NCBI GenBank assembly: GCA_964234715.1
Contig: OZ174280.1
Reading direction: 5' to 3' (one strand)
DNA from: Podarcis melisellensis
Lineage: Eukaryota
Length of the DNA stretch: 64,000 bases
Below the pieces are notes generated by a model, which worked only from the letters and a program-made list of their open reading frames with translations, did no database searches and was not told the origin of the DNA. The translations under genes and the position numbers were made by a program. This document shows, piece after piece, positions 13,101 to 23,342 of this stretch (positions are counted from its first letter, which is position 1; each line of letters starts with the position of its first letter).

Positions 13101-13560
13101 TGGAAAGGCCATAATTTTGCTCTGTTTGCTGGCTGCAGAGGAGGTGCCCCCTCCCAAATAACCTTCTGAGAACAGCAGTCCACAGTAAGAATTTGTTTTT
13201 TTCACAACAAGAACCTGTCTTGTGAATCTTGCTTTATTCCATTCCTTAAGTAGATGGCAAACAAATAATTTTTGATTGAAACTGAGGCTTAGTGAGAGGT
13301 TTCTTCTGTAGTATTTGATGGAGGAACTACTCAGAGGCTTCTGTTGAGTTGTAATAGGTCTCTTATTGGATTACAAAAGGAAGCTCATTATTCTAAATGT
13401 ATAACCCACAAGTTTTCTACTCATTTAAATAGGGTGGGGGTGATAGTACTAGCCTGCTTAGCCAGAAGAGAATGCATGTCTCTTCAGTTACTTAGTGGAT
13501 CACATCTATCATCCCTATTTTCTGGAAATGGTTTATTTTATTATCCTTATTAGCTAAAGA
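10170..13560 (-). mobile_element. Unclassified decayed retroelement-like insertion with a multi-CCHC gag/ORF1-like frame; boundaries uncertain
   Basis: Higher GC than flanks; three co-framed minus-strand ORFs; degenerate CX2CX4HX4C motifs; LTR-like CCAAT and AATAAA upstream. Confidence 0.5.
12672..12802. mobile_element. 131-bp hAT MITE
   Basis: TIR C(C/A)TGGGCGTRGC; perfect 8-bp TSD GGGTCCTC. Confidence 0.88.
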
Positions 13561-14360
13561 AAATCTGATAATGGAAGCCAGGATAATGATTGGCATTTTC
13601 CTGACTACTTCTGTTCTCAAGATAACTACCAGAATGATGTCTCAAATAACTGCCAGAAGAATGTAGCAGTATTTGGTTGTATACAAAACACCTGTAACAT
13701 CACCATCATAACAGTAATATAACATTGAAAGTTTGTTTTCAAGTCAAATAGCTTTTCACGAAAGTAAGAAACCAAAATTGTTGCAAATGCCTGTTGTGGA
13801 GAGAATAAAAACAAGTCCACACTTTTTGAAAGGATACAGCTTTTAAAGCCCATCAGGATACTCCGTTTACTGCCATATACATATGTTAATGGAAAATTGA
13901 TTGTGGGGTTTGAGAATATAGTTTCTCTTTATTTGGTGTACCAGCAATGTGTAACTGGGCATTTACAATGTAAGACTGCAATTGTATGCACTCTTATTTG
14001 GGGGGTAAATGTCATTTATCTCAGTGGAACATATTCCTGAGTGAGTATGCATAAGCTGGGATCAGACTGCACTTACATTATTGGTTTACACTTCCATATG
14101 AGTATTTACTCTATTTTGTATATGATAACCTTTTAGGCATTTCAGAATTTGTTAGTTTGCTTGTAATGCAATCCTAAGCATACTTTCCTATAAGTAAGTT
14201 TCATGGAAATAAATCCCATTTTACTACTGAGCAGACCTGCTTGGACAGGAGACTGGGATATGCTATTTCATGGAGAGTGATACTCTATGCATAAATGCTT
14301 AAGTTTTTAGAAAATGCTTATTCTCCCTCCCTTTTCTCCATTTGTTAATGCATTCTATAG

Positions 14361-14372
14361 AGGAAAAGTCCG
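14361..14372 (+). CDS. SGIP1: SGIP1 12-nt microexon RKSP
   Basis: attctatag|AGGAAAAGTCCG|gtaaga; fills the RKSP gap in the expected protein. Confidence 0.9.
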
Positions 14373-17128
14373 GTAAGAAATTTTCTATCCCGTTTTCTTT
14401 CTTTGTATCTATCATTTTAATGGATTATTTGCATTAGAAAGTATTCACATTATTTATCTTTTAAAAAAAAAACAGTCTATAAAACCAAGAATATAAAATG
14501 CAAAATCTTATTATTTACAGGTACTGGTAATTTTCCATTTGGCTTTCTTTATGAGTGGTGGCTAATCCCATTCAATTCATATTGCACATAAATATATGTA
14601 ATGGTATGAAGCTTTAAATCCTAACAATACTGGAATAAATGGGGACATTGCAAATTTCCACAAGTAAAGTATGAACCTCTGTAACTCTACTTCTGGTTTC
14701 TTGACTGTTCATAAAATCATTCAGCCATAGTATTTTGTGGCCTATTATCATCATCATTATTATTTACTAAATTTGTATACTACTCTTCAGCTGAAGATCC
14801 AGTGCTGGATTTTCTTTCATTTCACTGCATTAATTTCTCCAAGTTTTTTAGACAACATGAAGACTGCTGTACAGTCTGGTTCAACCAGACATCCAGGACT
14901 TTGCTATATTGATATGCTAATTTGACCCCTTTCCTAAATTATGGAGACATAAAAAGGGGGTTAGCACCTCCACCACTAAATTCATGTATAAACTTTTACA
15001 TCCACAGTAGTTTTCTTTCACTTCCATTGGGCTTATGACATCTGTACCCATCCTGCCACCCCACAAAATCCTCCCTTACCTGGGTTGTGTGGCAGCACCT
15101 GAGAAGTAGTGGTGAGCTCTGGTAGGATCTTGCAAAGCACATGAGATCTAGCCAGAAACTGCCACTGCTGCTTCTCTGCTAGTGTGGGTGGGGTGCCCAT
15201 GGGGGAGTCTCCTCATGGGTGGGCCAAGGAATACACGTTGCGTACTTATGAGAATTAGACCTATTTGGTTTACTCTGCTTTGTGGTGGAAGTTAGTGCAA
15301 AAGCACAATTGGAGCAACAAGCTGCACTGGCGTGGAGAGGGGTGGGGTGAGAATAGCATGACAGGCACTTTCATCTTGTTATCTGTAGACTCATCATGAC
15401 GAACTATTTCCTGCAATAACGTGCACACTTTCCACAGTTCAACTAGCTACTATATGCGTGTGTCAACAGGCTTCCACTCAGCTACCCCTTCCCGATACAA
15501 CAGTTGCAGTTGAGGGCATGTAGCCCTCTAAACAAAGTTGAAATCTGCTGATGGGCTGTTTGGCAGTAAGAACAGAATTCAGTCCCCTTGGACAGCAGCT
15601 GATCAGTGAATCTTAGCTTTGTTTAAAAGGCTATATGTGCATGGTCTCAGCTGCTTCATATGACATTCTGTAGGATAGGATCAGGGCTGGCCCACCCATG
15701 AGGAGACTCCCCCATGAGGAAAATTGTGTCTGCTTGGTGGGCTGAGACCAAAACTAAAGGCTAAATTAGTGGCATACTAGATATTTGCAGATTCCTTTCC
15801 TCAGCCTTAAATGTCACAGATAAGTAGAAGTGGCAAGCAGTTGCTTACTGGAAAGAATGATAGGAAAATATGTATTGACAAATTCTTGGCTAGTGTGTAT
15901 TGGCATTGTTCCACTGAAGTAACTGAAACTGTGTGAGATCATGAGCACAGTAGTATCCAAGCTATAGCCAAAGATAGTCCAACTCTCTCCAGAGAGCACT
16001 GCTGCTTCAGTTATATTTATTTATTTTAGAGGTTTACATACCACCAGTAGACAAAGTATCTAAGCGGTGAAGACAACACACTCCTAAAAGAGCATAAATG
16101 CTATAAATTACTCGGCATTTCCTGGTTGGTTTGATTTGCATTGCAATATGATTCCAAACTGATCCTTGTGCATCTTCGGCTCTGTTGTTTTTATAATCTC
16201 ATCTAAATCAATAGCCAAGAACATTTTTCAACATTTATGCACTCATGTTCAACAAGTGCCTCACCTATATTCCTTTATTTGGGCAGTCATAAATACATTA
16301 TTACCCATTTTGGTATGGGGGAACTAAGAAGGATGGCTTGCCTAATCTCTCTTTGCATCTTGTGTACTTTTGTATGCCACAGCATTTCCTGTATTTATAA
16401 GAATTAATGTGATCATTCTTCGGAAAACTCGTGACGTGTGTGCCTGTTTGTCTGTATTTCTCTACTAATTTCTTGCTGCAAATATGCCAACACAGCAGAA
16501 CTCTAATTTGCCAATTTATTTTTTAACAAGGATTTACTAGAGACATATGAGAAGGGGAGCTTGAGGGCAGATTAAAATTTGCTAGGCTTCTTAACAATCA
16601 ATGTCTCACCCTTCCATACCTATGGCATGTCTTCCTTTAGTTAGGTTTATGGGGTATCAAGGGGTCAGACTACAAACGACAAGGTAGATCTGTGATTGGA
16701 TAATCTTTTTTGTTTTAAAAACTTAAGAGCAGTGACAAAGAGCCCCTCAGCAGCTCTGAGTTGAGGGAATATTTACCCTTTCCCCCTGGGTCAGTTCCAG
16801 AATTTGGAGTGCTATGTGCAGGCTGCCATTCTAGGTTCCATCCTACCAGAGTATCTAAGCTGGGCAGCCCCTTTGGTATTGCTGCATAGGCCTCAAGGAG
16901 CCTCAAAGTTAACCATTTATTTCCAAAATTTCTGCAGACATCTATATAGCTTACTCATTAAAAGGACATCAGATAGGTTCGGGGTCTGCATGAGACGGGG
17001 AATCTGGGGAAATTGTTTACTTAATTTGTGAAGCTAGAGGAAGATCTCATCATCCAAAGTCCTTTTTTATTATTGATCTGTCACTCTCTGACTAGGTACC
17101 TTTCTCTCTTCCTTTTTGCTGATAACAG

Positions 17129-17140
17129 AGGCGCAGCCCG
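17129..17140 (+). CDS. SGIP1: SGIP1 12-nt microexon RRSP
   Basis: Strong polypyrimidine tract, ataacag|AGGCGCAGCCCG|gtaaga. Confidence 0.92.
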
Positions 17141-17411
17141 GTAAGACGTTGCATGACTTTTCGCGTTAAATCAGTAGCAGGAATGACTGAGAGTGCTTGT
17201 CATTTGGGTTTAATTTAAATTAGTTTTGTGAACTGCAAGTACAGCAAATTGATCTAACTTAAAAGTAATTGGGTGAAAATTACTGTTCTTTCAGGGGTGT
17301 GTGGCTATCTGTAGCAGCCTTGTTCTGTTATAGAAATACTGAATGGAACCATACTGGCACTGCTACAGATTCCACATAATACCTGTTCCATATTTGTAAA
17401 AAAAATCCATT

Positions 17412-17700
17412 GTTTTGTGTGGCAGCACCTCCTCTTTGGAACTCCCTGCCTATTGCAATCAAGCAGATGCCTTCACTGTACTCTTTTCAGTGCCTGCTAA
17501 AAACATTCCTGTTTAGACAAACCTCCCAGATGCTTAGAAAGCTGAGGTAATTTTAATCTGTTTTAGTATTTAAACTTGTGTGTGTTTTAAAGTAGGGTTG
17601 TGAATTTTCTTGATTTTCTTGTTTATCTTTTTGTAAACCACTTTGAGGTGCCTTTAAAAAAATAAAATCAAGCAATCTCTAAATTTTATTAAATAAATCA
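17412..17700 (+). mobile_element. L2 LINE 3' end
   Basis: FCVAAPPLWNSLP...LKTFLFRQ followed by a T-rich 3'UTR and AATAAAT tail. Confidence 0.8.
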
Positions 17701-18933
17701 AAGATTGCTTAGGAATTCTTTCATGTTTTATTTAAGTCTCAGTAGTGCCACTCTTGAAACTGCCCTACACAGAAACTGTTCTCCTTGGAGAAATTGATAA
17801 TTTTTGGATTACTTCATTTTGAATAAAGCAGTCTGCCAACTCTCATGATTGTTCAGAAAATTTTCAAACCAATTTCTTCATAGAACAAGGAAGCAACCAT
17901 GCTAACTGAATTGAGCTATTGCCAAGATGAACTTCCCTGGTTGATTTTCTTTTTCTTTTCTTTTTGAGGTTCTGACCAGAATTTTTTCACACTTGCTATT
18001 CCAGAATAAGAATACATCCATATACTTCCTGCAATGTATTCCTTTGATGTGATAAGGCGCCTATTTAACAAAACTGTGCAAAAAATAGCTTGGTCTTACA
18101 GCTTACTATTGGCTTCAAAAGAGAGAATTTGATGGAACATTATTTGTTTAATTGGCACGTGTTAACATCAGATATCTCATAGGCCGATAATATGACTAGA
18201 ATATCCATTAGAATATGTTTCTGAGGATTGACTACAGAATGGAAATCTTGGCAAGAATCAGCTAGTGACGTGTTTGGCTAGGAACCAATTCTCTTTCACC
18301 AGACTTCTGCCTACAGTGCTAACAATAATTTTGTTGTCCTTAATAACTCCCTTCCTTGAACTTTGGTGTTACTGTCTCTTTCTGTAGCATAGAAGTATTC
18401 TTAGTGGAGATATTATTACAAAGCGTGATTTGAAAGGAGAAGTTTTTGTAAGAATTTGCCTAGAAAAACTGTTTTCTTTGACGATACATGCATTTTGCAG
18501 AAACATTGTGTGAGTGAAGGATGGATGTATGATGGTGGCAGAGATATGAGAATTAGTGACTGACAGTGAATTTGCCATATCTTCCCTGTTGCTATGGCAA
18601 ATACTGTTGACAGCTGTTCTGATACCTTTTGCACATTCAGACATTGTTTCCCACCTGCCTCCTATTTTCAGAAGTTTTATCTCCTTCCCCCTGTCCCACC
18701 AATTGTTTCTTTATATCTTCTGGAATGTTAAAGCCTGCTTGGAAACATGTTTGATTTCAGTCCAATGCCGGTGATCAAGTGTGTGAGACTATGTATGAGT
18801 GCATTCAGAAGTTCTAGAACAGTAAATAAATGACTTGTCAAGCTCTCTGGATTTGTTTGGCACATCGTTGCAATTCCAAAATGTATGATCACTTTTTGTT
18901 TGTTTGTCTTGATTCAAAAACCTGAAATTCTCA

Positions 18934-19057
18934 AACACACAGTGTGCATGCACACGAAAGCTCATACCAAGAACTAACTTAGTTGGTCTTTAAGGTGCTA
19001 CTGGAAGGAATTTTTTTGTTTTGACTATGGCAGACCAACACGGCTACCTATCTGTAA
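18934..19057 (+). mobile_element. 5'-truncated Penelope-like element terminal repeat with a partial hammerhead motif
   Basis: GTGTGCATGCACAC-GAAAGCTCA...TTAGTTGGTCTTTAAGGTGCTAC...CAGACCAACACGGCTACC; 12-bp TSD CTGAAATTCTCA. Confidence 0.8.
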
Positions 19058-19325
19058 CTGAAATTCTCAGGCAGTGCATTTGTAGCAGCTAATCAAATAT
19101 TCTATTTGCCTATATCTGGTATATGTGTGTGAATGAATCTGCACTGGGGTATACAAACCTCCAAAATGAAGAATGTGAATCCAAGTTAATGTATATTTTA
19201 TTTTAGCAGTGTTAATGCCTAATTCTGTTTTCTTTCTTTTCAACTAATGCAAGCTGCCATTTATTGTACATGTATAAAAGTATAATCCTATAGTCCTAAA
19301 CTGTAGTTTTTTGCTTTAATTGTAG

Positions 19326-19350
19326 GGTTCAATTAAAAGGAATTTATCTA
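19326..19350 (+). CDS. SGIP1: SGIP1 25-nt microexon GSIKRNLS(S)
   Basis: ttgtag|GGT...TCT A|gtaagt. Confidence 0.92.
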
Positions 19351-20157
19351 GTAAGTATATCTATTTACTGAATTTTGTTGGGACACAATATATCTCAGGA
19401 AATTGGATATATTTAGAATCATCAAGATTACATAATTTTACATCTTAATTTTCAAACTCTGGAATCATTGCAACAACTAATTTTTAAGAGACTAAAGTCT
19501 ATATATTGTTAATGGGATAGTCCTCAAAATGCTATGAGGACATTATTCCATGCATTAGTATTAAATTATGCATGAATCTATAATGTAAAATTAACAGACT
19601 CTGACAGTCTCAAAATGAGATGACGCATTTTAAATGAAAAGGCATATGGAGTATTTGCAATTGGCTGAATGCACAAACCAGTTCAACAGGGCCTAAAATT
19701 ACAAGATGTTCGTAATCTGGAACGATGAAGGGTATGGCTGAAATGGGATTTTCTAAAGCTTTCCCATAAAATTGGGCCACATGAAAATAGGTTAATGGCA
19801 AGTCATGGAGTCAGTTTATTATCTCACAACAAATGCATTATATGTTTTTAAGGTAGTAAATGAATAATATTTTTAGCAAGTTATATTCTGTTAAGAGACA
19901 CCCATCATGAGTAATGTGAGGGGAGCAATTTGAAGCTGGAAGGGCATGCAGTGTCACGTTGACATGAATTATGAAAACTGGTTCAAATTATTCTGGAAAG
20001 GAATAATTAATAGTACTATATAAGTACTAAAACTAGTAAGAAATGGACTTGCGGAAGGAACGCTGTGGTGGCGCTGACATTATCAAATAGTTATGTGAAC
20101 AAGTTTTCTAGAAGACACTATGAGAAAATTACCTTAAAATGGTATCTTATGTGCCAG

Positions 20158-20209
20158 GTGAAGAGATAGCAAGGCCCAGGCGTTCAACACCTACTCCAGA
20201 GCTTCTAAG
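20158..20209 (+). CDS. SGIP1: SGIP1 exon (S)EEIARPRRSTPTPELL (52 nt)
   Basis: gccag|GT...AG|gttagt; phases 1 and 2 fit the neighbours. Confidence 0.94.
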
Positions 20210-20624
20210 GTTAGTATAAATGTTAAATTATATTTTAAAAAAACCTCATTCAAGTCATGGATGGTGTGGAATCCTTGTACCCAAATGATGTACGTGCTCT
20301 TGTTCTGGCTTACCAAGTCCTATCTGTCAAGCCTGTGCACACCTCATTATAGGAAAAGGCAGACCCTTATCCTTCTGTATGGAATGTAGCCTACTGAACA
20401 AAGATAAGTCACATAATAGCTCCACCCACTTTTTGCCTCTGGCCCTTCCCACCGCTGCAATGCAGCCCTCAATTGCTTTCCTATGAGGAAACGCTGCCTT
20501 GAACTGAAAATGGTTCCCCACCCCTACTGTAAAATAAAAATAAAAAATCAACTCTGCCTGTCACCTCTGCTGAATAAAAGATCCTTGCGCATAATTATCA
20601 TTCAGCATCTGTGTTGTGCTGCAG

Positions 20625-20710
20625 CAAAAAAGCCCCGGAAGATCCTGCAGTACTAGCGCCACTATTTGGTCCACCTCTGGAGTCTGCATTTGAAGAAGAG
20701 AAGGTAGAAG
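20625..20710 (+). CDS. SGIP1: SGIP1 exon (S)[28 protein letters not shown] (86 nt)
   Basis: ctgcag|C...G|gtaggt; [10 protein letters not shown] family motif. Confidence 0.95.
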
Positions 20711-21203
20711 GTAGGTGTTGCCAGTTAACTTTATCAATGTACCTTTCTATGTCTGACATGATGTTTTGTTTAATTTGTTTTACATCTTTATTTCATATGC
20801 CCGAGTTCTCTGAAGAGGTGTGGGCTACAAACTCAGTGAATCACATAAATATAAACTGTGAACGCAAATGAGTCTGTGAGTATGTATGTGTGCACTTGGT
20901 GAAATCTGCCACAAGTTAAAAAGGAGAGAGAAGTGTTTAGCAATTTCTAGGCAACCACATGATCTTAATTCCCAGACAAGAAGCAACTAATATTTGTCCA
21001 TTGTTTGCTTTTCTGCCCTGTGGGGTAGTTGGTGCTAAGGGTATCTTGTCCCAAGCCCAAGTGTAGGGTTCAGCTAACACCCCTTGCAGTCCACTTTCCA
21101 CCAGTGCTTCCTAGCCTTTCCCAATCCTGGCCTTAGTCAAGAGCAAGCTGGGTTGCTGATTCCTATTATATGTGACCCAGAAAAAACATGAGATCAAGCC
21201 ATT

Positions 21204-21568
21204 GGACGCTGGTGGCGCTGTGGGTAAAACCTCAGGGCCTAGGACTTGCTGATCGTAAGGTCGGCGGTTCGAATCCCCACGGCAGGGTGAGCTCCCGCCG
21301 TTCGGTCCCAGCTCCTACCCACCTAGCAGTTCGAAAGCACCCCTAACTAAGTGCAAGTAGATAAATAGGTACCGCTTTCTAGCGGGAAGGTAAACGGCGT
21401 TTCCGTGTGCTGCACTGGTGCCGGCTCGCCAGAGCAGCTTCGTCACGCTGGCCACGTGACCCGGACGTGCGAACGGCGCCGGCTCCCAACCTCTTTAAGC
21501 GAGATGGGCGCGCAACCCCAGAGTCGGACACGACTGGCCCATACAGGCTGGGGTACCTTTACCTTTTA
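21204..21568 (+). mobile_element. Sauria SINE (Squam1), full length
   Basis: tRNA head with B box GGTTCGAATCC; (ACCTTT)n tail; TSD CAAGCCAT. Confidence 0.93.
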
Positions 21569-21848
21569 CAAGCCATCCAAGGTGAGAATGTGGCTGAATA
21601 CTTCCTTTCATCACTCATTATTCTTAATGGACAGACCTGCATGAAAATCTATGGTCATGTTGATTCTAACTCAGCACTGAATTAGGGGAATGGTTGTGGT
21701 AATTTAGGTGTCACTGTAAAGCTTTTGTGTTTTGCATATGACAGCTCCAACCATGTTACTTTTATTGGCAGAAATCTTGATACCAGAAAAGCAGTTAACT
21801 TCCTCATTGGCTAGAGGCACCAGGAGGCCATTGATCTCTATATCAATC

Positions 21849-21882
<34 letters not shown>

Positions 21883-21893
21883 CGCGTGCACAT
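21849..21893. repeat. (TG)n(CG)n alternating purine-pyrimidine tract
   Basis: Read directly. Confidence 0.95.
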
Positions 21894-22148
21894 CCGGGGC
21901 AGAAAGACGCTCAGAATGGTATTCACGAATTTGGTGGTATATGCATTTCCCAGCACTGAAATTCATTTGTGGGTTTTGAAAAATGGTTATTAACAATTTA
22001 TTTCCAAAAAATTCATATTCTTGTTATATTCCCTTCTCATTTTCCTCCAGCCATAATCTATCAAGTAGCTCCTACAGTTCAGTTTGGAATTAAGTTTGCA
22101 TGTTACTTCTAGATTTGTATGCATCATGTTATATGTCTGTGACTTCAG

Positions 22149-22241
22149 CTCCCATAGATCACTCTGAGGTCTGGGGTTCTGTGCAGCCAGCAAGTCCAAG
22201 TGTAGAATCACCGAATTCATCACGACCTTTTCCATCTGGAA
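22149..22241 (+). CDS. SGIP1: SGIP1 exon (A)PIDHSEVWGS...RPFPSG (93 nt)
   Basis: acttcag|CT...A|gtaagt. Confidence 0.9.
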
Positions 22242-23267
22242 GTAAGTTGAGGCATCTCCTATTTGAAAAATTGTTGGGGTTTTTCATTTTGTTTTTCTCT
22301 ACAAAACACTGAAACGTGAGATGGAAGTGGCAATGTTGAGGGTTATTGCTCATTATACTGTCATGGAAGCAAAGAGATATTAGTTGAATTATGCATTGGA
22401 AACGCAGCTTTCAGAAAAGGCAAAGAGACGATTCGAAGTCCCTGGGGAGAAAAGCCTCTGTGATCTCAATTTGCAAAGCTAAACCTGACTCCTTCCTATC
22501 CGAAAGACAAGTCACCTAGCAACCAGTGCAGCATGCCATAAATACACAAGCTCCTAATAAGAACCAAAAATTGGATTCGTGGATGTGGAAAAGCAGAATA
22601 AAACTTCACAACATTTATATTAAAACATATAGTTCACACTGGAGAATGGAAACAAAAAAGTTGTCATCTCATAAAATATCAACCACAACAAAAGGCAGGT
22701 GATTCCTGGTGCTTAGACTCTGCGGCATGTGCTGCCATGTCATAATGGTGATGGGGGGAGAAGAGGGATTTATTTTTTTTACCTATCTTCTTCTATAGGG
22801 ATGAGAAACCCTTTTTGCTCTCAAGAGCCACCTGCAGCAATAGGTAGAAGCTGGGGATGGGGAAGTACACATGCACCCTTACACACAGTCGTGTGAAGTT
22901 TACTTGACTTTACCTCCCCAACACAGTTGTGCTTCCCAACCCTGTGACTGTTGCAGATACAGAGAAACGCAAACAGAATTCCACTCACACAACAGGTCTT
23001 TGTCCTTCCATTGCATTCAGACCAGAGGGCTGCTTCTCGGGTTCAGGGACCCTCCTGGATAGCATGGAATGAAATGTGGTGGCTGCAGCTAGAGGAGGGA
23101 ATTGGCAAAAATTAGGGGACTTGCCCAAGCAGAAGTGGCTTCCACTTGCGGAACAGACTTTGGATCTCAGCCATCCTTTGGTTGAATCTCTAGATACGAC
23201 TGTGAGTTTATGTTTATTTATTTGACGAATGTTGTCCATTCTTAAAATTCTTCCATTTGGCTCACAG

Positions 23268-23342
23268 CACCTCCACCTCTTCCACCTAAGAATATTCCAG
23301 CTACACCTCCCCGCACTGGTTCTCCTTTAACAGTTGGAGTAG
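23268..23342 (+). CDS. SGIP1: SGIP1 exon (T)[24 protein letters not shown] (75 nt)
   Basis: ctcacag|CA...G|gtaagt. Confidence 0.95.

Noticed and set aside
16440-16560. Branch point CTACTAAT with CAGCAG acceptor-like site
   Set aside because: No convincing donor or conserved reading frame downstream.
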